Assembly (NCBI RefSeq): GCF_001194135.2
Contig: NC_068981.1
Location: 4,408,965 to 4,472,964 of the forward strand
Direction of reading: 5' to 3'
Source: Octopus bimaculoides
Lineage: Eukaryota
Length of the DNA stretch: 64,000 bases
Part shown: one piece after another, positions 1 to 13,592 of the stretch
Position numbering within the stretch: position 1 is the stretch's first letter
Layout of the letters: every line of letters starts with the position of its first letter
The notes under the pieces: model-generated
The model's input: the letters and a program-made list of their open reading frames with translations, nothing else
What the model was told of the DNA's origin: nothing
Database searches by the model: none
Translations under genes and position numbers: made by a program

Positions 1-1217
1 TAAATATAGAGACAGCAATCCTAGTTCATAATGGGACAGTTTGGGGCAGTCACTGTTCACTGTATGTAGACCACATGTTTCATGTACGGTAGGGTGTTAC
101 AGATATAACAGGAAATTCATGTGAATGGAGGTGGAATGGACTCAACCAGCTCTGAGGAGGTCATTCTAGTAGCAATAGGAAAGGCAGAGAGAGAGAGAGA
201 GGACAGTGTACCTGTGGATTTGAGGCTGGAGAGGGTCTTTGAGTGACTTCATGCCAATCAGCTGGACGGAGTTTAAGAAGTTTGTGTGTGTGCAGCAAGA
301 GAATCTCAGATGAGAAAGCAACATTCCATTGTCAGCCTCACCTAAGCTTTGTAAAGTGTTAATAATTGTGTGGGGGGGGGGGGCAGAAGTATGTTCTGAA
401 TCTGAGAAGGGTCAAGTGTTAGGATGTAGTCCTAGCTATGTTAAGGAGGTGCTTTCAACAGTAGAGGTCCTCAGTGATAGGGAGAACCAGCATTTGGAGT
501 GATTGTGGGGCCTTTAGTTGTGTGTTGCTCATGTTTAAAGGTGTTGGTGTTTTTACATCCCCATAACTTAGTGATTTGGTAAAAGAGACCAATAGAATAA
601 CTATCAGGCTTTAAAAAAAAATAGATATTGGGGTTGATTCATTCAAGATGGTGCCCCAGTATGGCCGCAGTCTAACGACTGAAACAAGTAAAAGATAAAA
701 GATAAAAGGTTCACTGCCTTTTGAATCAGCACAAGGAAGTGTGATGAAAGTGTGATGGAAGTGTATCATATTTCCTGATATTGCCAATGGTGACAAAAAA
801 GTAGACATGCAAAGGTACCTGCTATATGATGGGGTAACACTGGGTTTTTTCCCATATTTTGCTAGATAAAATGGAAACATGTGTGACTGCCTGGTATCCT
901 TTTTGTATTCCTTGATTTTTAATTCAAATTTCTAATCCCACCTGTAAAGAGATAATTACCTCCCTTCGCATAAATGATAATCCACAAGGCTCTGTACGTA
1001 AATGAAAATAAAACTAATACAAATAAACCTCTTTTCTAAAAATGACTGAATATTTTTTAATGGAAAAACGTTTTTTTGGGAAAAAAGCATTAAGGATTCT
1101 AGCATAAAACCTAGAGACAAAATGTCCAGATTTAACCTACGTTATATGTGTAACACTTTATAATGTACTCATCAGTATTGTTTTCTTTCGGTGGACTTGA
1201 GCGTTTGTAAATTGATG

Positions 1218-3052
1218 TAGGGGCAGAATTGGTAGGGTACTATATAAAATAGTTGTGTGAGAGTAGAGAGTTGATAGAATTGGTAGGGTACCATATAAAA
1301 TAGTTGTGTGAGAGTAGAGAGTTGATAGAATTGGTAGGGTACCATATAAAATAGTTGTGTGAGGGGTAGAGGGTTGATAGAATTGGTAGGGTACCATATA
1401 AAATAGTTGTGTGAGGGTAGAGGGTTGATAGAATTGGTAGGGTACCATATAAAATAGTTGTGAGGGTAGAGAGTTGATAGAATTGGTAGGGTACCATATA
1501 AAATAGTTGTGTGAGGGGTANNNNNNNNNNNNNNNNNNNNNNNNNNNNNNNNNNNNNNNNNNNNNNNNNNNNNNNNNNNNNNNNNNNNNNNNNNNNNNNN
1601 NNNNNNNNNNNNNNNNNNNNNNNNNNNNNNNNNNNNNNNNNNNNNNNNNNNNNNNNNNNNNNNNNNNNNNNNNNNNNNNNNNNNNNNNNNNNNNNNNNNN
1701 NNNNNNNNNNNNNNNNNNNNNNNNNNNNNNNNNNNNNNNNNNNNNNNNNNNNNNNNNNNNNNNNNNNNNNNNNNNNNNNNNNNNNNNNNNNNNNNNNNNN
1801 NNNNNNNNNNNNNNNNNNNNNNNNNNNNNNNNNNNNNNNNNNNNNNNNNNNNNNNNNNNNNNNNNNNNNNNNNNNNNNNNNNNNNNNNNNNNNNNNNNNN
1901 NNNNNNNNNNNNNNNNNNNNNNNNNNNNNNNNNNNNNNNNNNNNNNNNNNNNNNNNNNNNNNNNNNNNNNNNNNNNNNNNNNNNNNNNNNNNNNNNNNNN
2001 NNNNNNNNNNNNNNNNNNNNNNNNNNNNNNNNNNNNNNNNNNNNNNNNNNNNNNNNNNNNNNNNNNNNNNNNNNNNNNNNNNNNNNNNNNNNNNNNNNNN
2101 NNNNNNNNNNNNNNNNNNNNNNNNNNNNNNNNNNNNNNNNNNNNNNNNNNNNNNNNNNNNNNNNNNNNNNNNNNNNNNNNNNNNNNNNNNNNNNNNNNNN
2201 NNNNNNNNNNNNNNNNNNNNNNNNNNNNNNNNNNNNNNNNNNNNNNNNNNNNNNNNNNNNNNNNNNNNNNNNNNNNNNNNNNNNNNNNNNNNNNNNNNNN
2301 NNNNNNNNNNNNNNNNNNNNNNNNNNNNNNNNNNNNNNNNNNNNNNNNNNNNNNNNNNNNNNNNNNNNNNNNNNNNNNNNNNNNNNNNNNNNNNNNNNNN
2401 NNNNNNNNNNNNNNNNNNNNNNNNNNNNNNNNNNNNNNNNNNNNNNNNNNNNNNNNNNNNNNNNNNNNNNNNNNNNNGTGAAGGTAGAGAGTTGATAGAA
2501 TTGGTAGGGTACCATATAAAATAGTTGTGTGAGGGGTAGAGGGTTGATAGAATTGGTAGGGTACCATATAAAATAGTTGTGTGAGGGGTAGAGGGTTGAT
2601 AGAATTGGTAGGGTACTATATAAAATAGTTGTGTGAGGGTAGAGGGTTGATAGAATTGGTAGGGTACCATATAAAATAGTTGTGTGAGGGCAGAGGGTTG
2701 ATAGAATTGGTAGGGTACCATATAAAATAGTTGTGTGAAGGGCAGAGGGTTGATAGAATTGGTAAGGTACCATATAAAATAGTTGTGTGAGGGTAGAGGG
2801 TTGATAGAATTGGTAGGGTACCATAATAGTTGTGTGAAGGGCAGAGGGTTGATAGAATTGGTAAGGTACCATATAAAATAGTTGTGTGAGGGGTAGAGGG
2901 TTGATAGAATTGGTAAGGTACCATATAAAATAGTTGTGTGAGGGTAGAGAGTTGATAGAATTGGTAGGGTACTATATAAAATAGTTGTGTGAGGGGTAGA
3001 GGGTTGATAGAATTGGTAGGGTACTATATAAAATAGTTGTGTGAAGGGTAGA
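1218..3052. repeat. Minisatellite, 49-52-bp unit, spanning a 957-N gap
   Basis: Unit GATAGAATTGGTAGGGTACCATATAAAATAGTTGTGTGAGGGGTAGAGGGTT; starts at 1273, 1324, 1376, 1427, 1476; about 17 visible copies. Confidence 0.95.
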
Positions 3053-5789
3053 AATGTCTACAATATTTTAAGTCCCTTTATATTCTGAGTTCCTCACTTG
3101 GCTGTCCACTCTGCTTTTTGAACTTGTCTCCTGGGTTATTCAATACCAGTCCAATCTTTGTCACAACTCTATCTTTCCTTTCTCATCTGGGGCTTAATAA
3201 AATAAATACCAACCGTGTTCAGGGACCAATTATAAATATTACACTCCTCCTTACAATTTCTGGCTTTGGTTCAATACGAGAAATCAATCAATATTTGGCC
3301 TAGATTCTACCATAAATAAAGATTTTCCACATTTTTGTCTACATCCACAAATATTTTGTTTATGTCTGTCATTGTAACTTAAAGCTATTCTAGCAAAGTA
3401 AAAGAATGGCAAAGTTGGTCAGGATGCATATCCTAGGGACAACTTTGCCTTTCAACCCACCAGTCAAGCCCTACAAAACTGCTGGCCATGTGTATAAATA
3501 CAAAACAACTGTAGTAGCAGTAGCAGTAGTGTCTGTTTGTATTCCTTAAGGTCTCTATTTTTTATCTTGTTCCAGTCATTACACTGTGGCCATGCTGGGG
3601 CACTGGCTTGAAGAATTTTTAGTCAAACAAATTGACCCCAGGGCTTTTTCTTTTTTTAAAGCCTGATCGTTATTCTATCAGTCTCTTTTACCAAACTGCC
3701 AAATTACAGGAATGCAAACACCAGTTGTCAAGCAGTAGTGGGGGACAAACACAGATACCTACATGCACACATATATTTATATATACATATATATTAAATG
3801 GGCTTCTTTCAGTTTCTATTAAAAAAAATCCACTCGCAAAGCTTTGGTCAGGCCAAGGTACCACACAGCTTGACTGAACCCAGAACCATGTGGTTGAGAA
3901 GCAAACTTCTTACCACACACCATGCCTGTGTACAACTTATACCTTGTGTTCATGTGTATGGTTGTATCAGTACTAAAACACTGTATATCAATTTCTATAT
4001 TCTGGAAACAACTAAATAAGAAATTAACTCAACAGGGAGTTAGATTCAACAAAGCATACCCCTTCTCACGTCTCGTATGAATTACATCAAATGGAAAAGT
4101 ACTGTTCAAACAGTAAAGAAGTCAACTTTGAAGCTTTGATTTATCCGTGTTACCGAACAAAGTTAACAGATTAAATGTAGTAGCATTGCCACTGGGATGC
4201 TGGTAGAAGAGCATTATGGTAGCTCATTGTTGCTGTTGTTATTGTTGTCCATTATGACAAGTAATACAGTTGACAATGACTGATTATTCATTTTTTCTTT
4301 TTTTCTACTCTAGGCACAAGGTCTGAAATTTTTGGGGAGGGGGGGGGCAGTTGATTAGATTGACCCAGTATGCAACTGGTACTTAATTTATCAACCCCGA
4401 AAGGATGAAAGGCAAAGTTGACCTTGGCAGAATTTGAACTCAGAATGTAAAGACAGATGAAATACCATTAAGCATTTTACCCAGCATGCTAATGTTTCTG
4501 CCAGCTTCCCGCCTTAATGACAGATTATTCAGACATGCACACGTCTTCAGACAGAACTGTGAACCCACCTCCCACCACATATATCTGGATATTAACTGAT
4601 ATAATATATAAACAGTCAGCACACCAGTGCCATGTAAAAATCACCTGTACTGGTGCCACATGGAGAGTACCAGGCCTGGCACGACATGTGAAAAGCACCT
4701 GTGCAGGTGCCACATGAGAAGCACCTGTGGTGGCACCACAAGGAAAGCACCAATACCAGTACCATGTATAAGGTACCTGTGCTGGTGTCACGTAAAATGC
4801 ACCTGGTACACTGTGTAAAGTGGTTGGCGTTAGGAAAGGCATTCAACTGTAGAAACCATGCCAAAGCAGAAAACTGGAGCCTGCTGCAGTCCTCTAGCTT
4901 GCCAGCTTCTGTCAAACCATTCATAAGGTGGTAATATGACACAGTAATGAAGAAGTTTTTTCCATTATTAGATGAGGAGGATATTCTAGATAGCACACAA
5001 CAACAAGGTGCTTCAACTACCTCTGGATGGAAAAAGTGCATCAATTTCTCTCCATTTGTACATTCATTTGGCAACAACAATGCAGGAATCTCAAAATGAA
5101 TTTATGCTCATTGCCAGATGCAAAGGAAGGTGAACATTTTGTGGCACTTTACAATTAGGAGTTTGTAACTTTATTGCACAAAAAGACTAACAATTAGCCT
5201 TGAGAAAAAGCGATATTTTTTTGTGTTTACCTCATTTGGCACACACATTCATGCAACCCTTCCCTGCTGTTCAAGGGTTAAAAAAGGAGTAACAAATTGA
5301 ACAAGGGTGTCTATAAATGAAACAGTCATGTGTAGGACACCTCTGCTTGACGAAGGTTCATCTAGGACTAAATAATAGAAAAAACAACACACACACAGAT
5401 TCACATACAAATTTTAAAATTTTGGTCAAGAAGTCTATTTGCCAACATGGTTTTGAGTTCCATCCCACTGCATGGCATCTTGGACAAGTGTCTTCTATTA
5501 TAGCCCTGAGCCAACCAAAGCCTTGTGAGCATGTTTGGTAGACAGAAACTGAAAGAAGCTCATCATACATATTTATGTATATAACTGTATAATTATATCA
5601 CATATTATTTATTCTCTGATTTGAAGCGACAATTTTTAAATATAAACAAATGACCAAAAAATGATGAGCTAACCCCAGGCAGAATCAAGCCCACAAATCA
5701 ACACTTACGCAGCTCCTTGCACATCCAACTGACCAAACGCTCATCCATCAATTTCAGTTAATATACACTTAAACTGTCTAATACTACAT

Positions 5790-5948
5790 ATAATATTTAT
5801 AAACAAACCTGAAAGGCTTTGTAAGTTACAGAGAGAAAGCTACTATGGAAGATTCAAATCAGAATAAATATTATTATACTATGAGTCTTTCATAGTAGCT
5901 TTCTCTCCATAACTTACAAAGCCATTTGGGTTTGTTTATAAATATTAT
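5790..5948. repeat. Foldback/MITE-like inverted repeat, ~67-bp arms, 25-bp loop
   Basis: 5790-5856 pairs with 5882-5948 with scattered mismatches. Confidence 0.8.
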
Positions 5949-6217
5949 GTTGCATTTATGTATATATATGTACACATGTACATATATATGTGTATGTGTT
6001 AGTGTCCCTCATCTTGACATCACGATAGTTGTAAGCAAGTGTCAGTCATACAAGCAGTGTCGTTCATTTTTTAATCTTTCATGAGAACATATCCGGTCAT
6101 TGGGAAAATATTACCTAACTTGGAAACAAGTGAGAGTTAGTGACAGGAAAGGCATCGGATCAAAGAAAATCTACCTTAACAAATCCATTCTGACTTATGC
6201 AAACATGGAGAAGTGGT

Positions 6218-6246
6218 ATTGGTGGTGGTGGTGGTGGTGGTGATGG

Positions 6247-6300
<54 letters not shown>

Positions 6301-6315
6301 GGAGGAGGAGGAGGA
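6218..6315 (+). repeat. Compound (GGT)n(GAT)n(GAG)n microsatellite
   Basis: Directly visible; many further (TA)n, (CA)n, (GA)n tracts across the window. Confidence 0.95.
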
Positions 6316-8359
6316 AACATTATGACAATTTTTGCCCAGTTTTCAGTTTCTTNNNNNNNNNNNNNNNNNNNNNNNNNNNNNNNNNNNNNNNNNNNNNNNN
6401 NNNNNNNNNNNNNNNNNNNNNNNNNNNNNNNNNNNNNNNNNNNNNNNNNNNNNNNNNNNNNNNNNNNNNNNNNNNNNNNNNNNNNNNNNNNNNNNNNNNN
6501 NNNNNNNNNNNNNNNNNNNNNNNNNNNNNNNNNNNNNNNNNNNNNNNNNNNNNNNNNNNNNNNNNNNNNNNNNNNNNNNNNNNNNNNNNNNNNNNNNNNN
6601 NNNNNNNNNNNNNNNNNNNNNNNNNNNNNNNNNNNNNNNNNNNNNNNNNNNNNNNNNNNNNNNNNNNNNNNNNNNNNNNNNNNNNNNNNNNNNNNNNNNN
6701 NNNNNNNNNNNNNNNNNNNNNNNNNNNNNNNNNNNNNNNNNNNNNNNNNNNNNNNNNNNNNNNNNNCACTACCACCACCACCAACAACAACAACATAAGT
6801 ACAAGAACATATTTTATGAAGATCAACTATAAATTGATCAAATTAAACCCTTTGGTAGTATTTGATACACTACACTAGCCAACTAACCTTATTATATATG
6901 TGGCCTCTGCCAGAAGTGTAGCCAGTTCACTAATTCGTATCTTTACTTCATTGGACACTAAACTCTGATGACGACGTATGTCTATAAAATGTCCATGTTG
7001 TCTTATGCAATTTCATTCAGATTTGATTAAGACCTCTGCTCTCTCTCTCTCTGCATCTGCACTAGATTCACCAAAGTTTGAAAAAGGATGAAGCTCTTTC
7101 CTGACTCAAAGGAAAGTTAGTTCCCAGTTTCTGTGGTGTATACTTTCCCCACCTGGATGGGACACTGGTCTGTTGCAGGGTGACTCACTTTTACCAGCTG
7201 AGTCAACTGGAGCAACATGAAAGGAAGTGTTTTGCTCAAGAACACAACACATTACCCGGTCCAGGAACTACAACCACAATCTTACAATCATGAGTCCAAC
7301 ACCCCTAACCACTGAGCCACACAACTCCACTATGAATTCACTAAAAGCAATGGCTTAAGAATATACTTGACTGAAATGCTGCTAGTAAGCCTGTTATCCT
7401 GTCACTTGTAGAAATGTCCATAAACTACAGAAATGATGAAGACGTGTAGAATCCATATAAAAATCACTTTCTATTAACTTGATACACCAAATATCCAATT
7501 CTTTTTTTTCTACTCTAATACTTCAGGTTTCATTTCAATGGTACTTTCCATTGAAATCCTTTATATTTACATGTTGCAATTCATCTAAACTTAGGGTTTC
7601 TATATTTGTGATTCTTCCAGTTAAATCACTGGTTAGGATAATAATCCTGTTCTGTCAGAGATATTGAACTATTTTCCTTTTTTTATAGATTATAAGTTTG
7701 CCATAAAGGAGAGAGTATTCACTGTCACAGAAATATCTGACTATTTAGTTTCCTCTATCACATAATGCAACAACGTATCCACTATTCTAGATAATACATA
7801 TCCATTAAATACAACCTGGCTAAGTTAAATACAGAAACAATTTATGTAGAATAAATATACTTTTTCAATCTCTTCTGCGAACCAATCAAAGAATATCCAA
7901 CAAAAAAAAATGGAGAAAACTAACTTTTGAGTGATATTTACAGAAGGAAAATATTCTATGTTGTCTGTTTAATGGTGCAGTGGTTTAGAAGTGGATTCTA
8001 TGAACAGAGTGAACTTATGGAAGGAGCCAAAACGGTTAGAAAGACCAGTTATTTAAACAGTACTGATGATACAGCATGGGAGATTGTTTGGGAAGGAATG
8101 GTAGCCAACTTAGCCCTTCAGCATCTAAACTGACCATAACGAATGATTAATTCAAAAACAATAAGCATTACATAAGACATCTGAATGCTAAAGGGTGTGG
8201 CAGTAAAACTACCCACAGCCACTGGTTCGGCACTTGTCAAATTAGACGGAGAGGTGGTAATTGTCTTCATGTAGCCAATGGTCACTGCTCTTTTTCTTTT
8301 TTAGTTACTATTTTCAACAGCAAATGTACATTGTGCATTTGTTCTTGAAACATTGATCA

Positions 8360-8612
8360 AGAATGGTGAATCTGGCGGCGAGCTGGCAGAAACGTTAGCA
8401 CACCGGGCGAAATGCTTAGCAGTATTTCGTCTGCCGTTATGTTCTGAGTTCAAATTCCGCCAAGGTCGACTTTGCCTTTCATCCTTTCGAGGTCGATAAA
8501 TTAAGTACCAGTTATGCACTGGGGTCGATGTAATCGACTTAATCCCTTTGTCTGTCTTTGTTTGTCCCCTCTATGTTTAGCCCCTTGTGGGCAATAAAGA
8601 AATAAGAATGGT
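8360..8612 (+). mobile_element. tRNA-derived SINE with Nin/Deu-like core
   Basis: gagttcaaattcc B box plus gtcgactttgcctttcatcctttcg.ggtcgataaattaagtaccag core. Others ~4290-4515, 8960-9160, 12205-12425, 36640-36755, 44875-45040, 49955-50215. Superfamily label is from memory. Confidence 0.8.
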
Positions 8613-8665
8613 GAATCTGAATTGGAGGGGGGGTACCATCAGTGAATGTATTTCACTTGAAATAT

Positions 8666-8801
8666 ATGTTTTCAAAGGTAGATAGGCATCGACAGCCAGC
8701 AGGCCATGCTACTCTGGACTGATGATGAGCAATGACTCTGAAACTAGTCTCTGGATGCTGGCTTTGTTGGGTGGAGGTGCTTATCTCCACTTTGAAAACA
8801 T
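8666..8801 (+). ncRNA. Minimal hammerhead-like motif at the tip of a long rod
   Basis: CTGATGA 8719-25; GAG/CTC helix II; GAAA 8740-43; ACTAGT palindrome; GUC 8747-49; helix I TCTGGA/TCTGGA with two wobbles; outer stems 8694-8701/8756-63, 8680-90/8776-86, 8666-77/8790-8801. Confidence 0.6.
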
Positions 8802-10424
8802 AAGGACATAGGAAATGGTGTTTCCTAGGGCTAAATAACAGTAGCATTCTTCCCTTTTATGGGACTGTCACATTAAGTTGACAACATACTATCACTTTAT
8901 CGTGCTGCTACTGCATAAATCTCTCTGAGAGATTTCGAAATTTATTATTTCTATTGGTTTCAAATGCTTGGGTTAGGGTTAGCCAACAAGTTTTGGGGGA
9001 GGGGTTAAGTTAATTACATCACCCCGTGCTCAACTGGTACTTAATCTACTAACCCTGAAAGGACGAAAGGCAGAGTTGACCCTGGTAGCATTTGAACTCA
9101 GAATGTAAAGATAAATGAAATGCTTGCAAGCACTTTGCCCAGCATGCTAGTGATTCTGCTGAGGATAACATATAACATGGTATGTTTTTAAACGTGGGTT
9201 AAAGAACACAGCTGTTTTGTAATTATGAACATCATAATTACTTTGTAGTAGCTGTGTAATTTCTAATAATTGGCCACAAAATCATTTATTTAAATGACAA
9301 AATCATTTGTTTTAATGAATCAACATGAAAAGATTCTATAATGATACTGGATGTGAAATATTTCTAAGTTGGTATCTTCCAAAATATACAAGATTAAATT
9401 ACAGAGAAAGTGTTTCAATTACAAAATGCTTTGAAATGTAAGATTAAAATATCTCAGTAATAAGCTTCCTAAATGGCTAATGTTAACAATATGGTTATTA
9501 TTTCATGTTGCATACACTTCTCCATCAGACATGTCTGGAACCTTAGAATATCAGAAGACTTAGTGATATATTATGATCACTGTCTAATAACCAATATAAT
9601 TTGAAAGAAACTTCATCAGTGGCTGAGTTATCAGTTTGTTTATAATACATAATTAAGCATTTAATAGTTTAAAAATTCTTTCTAGTAAAGGCCTGAAATT
9701 TTGGGAGAGGTGGGGGAGCTAGCTGATTACANNNNNNNNNNNNNNNNNNNNNNNNNNNNNNNNNNNNNNNNNNNNNNNNNNNNNNNNNNNNNNNNNNNNN
9801 NNNNNNNNNNNNNNNNNNNNNNNNNNNNNNNNNNNNNNNNNGGTGCTCAACTGGTACTTATTTTTATCTGTACTGAATGAAAGGATGAAAGGCAGAGTCA
9901 AGCTCAGCAGAATATGAACTCAAGTGTCATGTAACTCACACCCATGCTGGTGGCAGTTAAAAAGCACCTTTTGAACATAACGGCTGAGCTCCTTTCGAGT
10001 GTTGAGCCTCACGGAGGCAATCACCAAGACCTTTGGCATTGTTATGTTATGTTCAAGAAGAAGACCCATCAAGCCGAGCAAAATTGCAGTCATAGCAGAT
10101 ACTGGTATCATGCAAATGGCACCTGTGCTGGTGGCACATAAAAGCACCCATTACACTCTCATAGTGGTTGGCATTACGAAGGAGATCCAGCCATAGAAAC
10201 ATGCCAAATCAGACTGGAGTCTGGTGCAGCCTTTCAGCTTGCCAGCCCTGGTCAAACTATCCAATCTATGCGTGCTTGGACAACGGACATTAAATGATGA
10301 TGATGATGAACGTAAAGAGCAAGAAGAAATGCCGCTAAGCATTTTTCCAATGTTCTAACAATTCTGCAAGCTCGCTGAATGAAGCTATAACAGTTTACCA
10401 TATTACACTCGCTGCTATTCACCT

Positions 10425-10735
10425 CCTATCCATAGGCTTGGGAACAGGGGGTGCAAGCACAGCCCCCCAAAAATTTGTAGGGGGGTAATGAAAACACTTT
10501 GAACATCCTCCAGAAAAACTTCATTGCCAAAACAAATGAGTGTAGAAACGTTTTTGGGATGATTTGAAACATTACTTTTCTGTTATTGGATTTATCTGAT
10601 TGGATTGATGTGTAAATATGTTAATAATTGTTATTATTATTTTTGTAATAGCTGTATTTGATTTGATATTAAGACAGAAAAAAAAAATCGACCTTGCTTG
10701 TAAAAAAATTTGGACCTGGGTTTGCACCCATCATG
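10425..10735 (+). repeat. Interspersed repeat, second copy at ~53170-53470
   Basis: Shared ctttgaacatcctcc...gccaaaacaaatgagtgtagaaac...ttggacctgggtttgc block. Confidence 0.75.
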
Positions 10736-12516
10736 AGGGTACATCCTCACATCTCTTCATCACTACTTTATCTCTTCTTCCAGCTCCACTCTGACCACTT
10801 CTTCTACATTGTGAGTAACCATGCAGTACTTCTACAGCAAGAAACTGGTTCTCTTTTGAACCCTCCTCTCTTGCTTTAACCTCTCATTCTGTAGTATAAA
10901 GCTACCTCCCACCCTGAGTCATACTCAGTCAAAGACCCTCCTGCTTCAGGCTGTATGGCACCTTAGCCAAGTGTCTTCTACTATAGCCTTGGGCTGACCA
11001 AAGCCTTGTGAGTGGATTTGGTAGACAAAAACTGAAAGAAGCCCGTCATTATATATATGTGTGTGTGCGTGTGTGTATTTTCCCACCACCACTTGACAAC
11101 TGGTGTTAGTGTGTTTACATCCCCATAACTTAGTGGTTCAGCAAAAAATTATGAGAAATGGATGATAAGTTGATGTGGAGCGTTTCATGGTTAAATTAAC
11201 ATTAGATTAATTGAAAATAGATAAATAGTAAGAAAATATCAGGATAAGAAAAACTGTCATTATTGATATTTATTTTTATTATTTCTGATTGTCAAACTAA
11301 CATCAAAGAGCAAATAAACCCAACTTAATTTGGCCCTAAATCACAGATTCTCTGCAACAGCGAGACCACCCCTGGTCCTGTGATACAAACTTCCTATTTT
11401 AAAGTGATCTAAATTATAACCCTTCACCAAAATTTCATGTTAATTTATGTCTCAAATACCAGCTTCATAATGACAAAGTTATTTTCCTATATTCCTTCTT
11501 GTTTTTGAAATTGATTGAAATAAAGAGGGTGTATAAACACAGACAGAGGGGACGAAGTGGTCAAGAAGAAACCAAATAAATTATCAGACATACAATAAAA
11601 CATCAACGATTTCAACTGAAATATTGTAAAAAGAAAAGTGCTGAGAATCTGGTGTAGCTCTTCTCCACCAGGTCCCAAAGGTATATGGCCAGGAGTGAGT
11701 CTAGAGGAGTATTTAAACATTAGTATATAAGATGCAACGTCCATACTTGTACTGTTGGTTATTATAATAACAAAAGAGTTTGTACTGAATGTCATATGTC
11801 AAACACGGCAGCCTGTGAACAATTTACACCAGTCACATAAAGAAGAAATTTCTTAAATATTTGCTCAAGTTTCACAATAAAGTAGTCATGCAAGCAATTC
11901 TGAAAACATGTGGTCCTTCACCCGATGGCAGATTTTTTTTCCTTTTCTGTGTAATCAAGCACTCTATATTGAACTGCTAGCTCTATTAAATAGTATAGAT
12001 CACATGATCATCAACTAGAGTCACATGACACAGCATGTAAAACTTGTAATATTACAATAACGTCAATGTTATAGCAAAAGGGAAAAAATGAAAACTGGGA
12101 TTTTTTGGACAGATTTAAATTGAATAAGTGAGAGGATACAATGTCCTTTGTCTAAATAATAAATGCAGAAGTAAATGATGCAAAAGTGATCTATTTCTTG
12201 TCATCTTGATAATAACAAGAGTTTCAAAATTTGGCACAAGGCCAGCAATTTCGGGGGAGTGGGGTAAGTCGATTACATTGATCTCAGTACTCAACTGGTA
12301 TATATTTTATCCACCCCAGAAGGATGAAAGATAAAGTCAACCTCAGCAGAACTTGAACTCAGAACAGACTAAATGCTGTTAAGCACTTTGCCCAAAGTGG
12401 TAACATTTCTGCCAGCTCACTGCCATGTTGTTGAATGATGATGATGATGATAAGAAGAAAGTAATGAAACACATTGTACATACACATATACAAACACATA
12501 TTTATCATACATCACA

Positions 12517-12590
<74 letters not shown>

Positions 12591-12977
12591 TTGTTTTAAT
12601 GTCACTTTTCCATGCTTTCATGGATCAGACAGGATTCATTGATGTAGATTTTCTACAGCCAGATGCCTTTCCTGTTGCCAACCCTCACCTGTTTCCAAGC
12701 AAGGTTATATTTCCCCAAGGTTAGATATGTTTCACAGAATATTGGGAATGAATGACAGTGACAACTATTTACCAGTGTCATGTATACATATATATATATA
12801 TCGTGCGGGTGACACGTAAAAGCACCCACAACACTCTCTGAGTGGTTGGCGTTAGGAAGGGCATCCAGCCGTAGAAACTCTGCCAAATTTAGATTGGAGC
12901 CTGGTGTAGCCATCCGGTTTCACCAGTCCTCAGTCAAATCGTTCAACCCATACTAGCATGGAAAGCGGACATTAAAC

Positions 12978-13011
<34 letters not shown>

Positions 13012-13204
13012 TGATTTGAAGACACACAAACATCAAATACACACACTCACAAAGCTTTGGTTAGCCCAGAGCTATAGTGAAGGATACTTGCCCAAGGTGC
13101 CACACAGTGGGACAAAACCCAAAACCATGTGATTGTGAAGCAAATTTCTTAACCACATGGCCATGTCTCTATATATAGAGACACGGATGGAGCTACAGGT
13201 ACAG

Positions 13205-13592
13205 ACATGATTATGTAGTTAAGAAGCTTGTTTTCCAATCATATGGCCTTGAGTTCAGTCCCATTGCATGACATCTTGGGCAAATGTCTTCTATATGTGG
13301 CCATAGTAAATGGAAACTGAAAGAAACCTGTTGTATGTGTGTGTGTGTATATGTTTATCCTCATCTGTCAATAGATATTGTGTGATGGTTGTAAATGTGA
13401 GGTTGTTCATTTGCAACCTTTTGTGAAAAAATGTCTAGCAATGGTAAAATACAACTCTGCTTGGGAAACAGGTGAGGGTTAGTGACAGGAAAGACATCTG
13501 GTTGTAGAAAATCTGCCTTAACAAATTCTGTCTGAGCCATGCAAGCATAGAATAGTGGATGTTAAATGGAGATGATGATGATGATAATGATG
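13205..13592 (+). mobile_element. SINE variant: tRNA/CORE-like head with RTE-like (GAT)n tail
   Basis: Head as in 16441 family, tail ttggaaacaggtgagggtt...aaatgatgatg. Others ~13950-14325, 19420-19850, 21095-21550, 38035-38475, 39610-39850, 60330-60580. Confidence 0.8.

Noticed and set aside
1218-3052. CRISPR-like reading of the ~51-bp array
   Set aside because: Units are head-to-tail with no unique spacers; no cas genes; eukaryotic context.
4517-4560. Minus-strand CTGAAGA...GAAT motif; also CTGATGA/CTGAAGA at 6966, 16377, 18582, 42598, 52712
   Set aside because: No GAAA with compatible helices.
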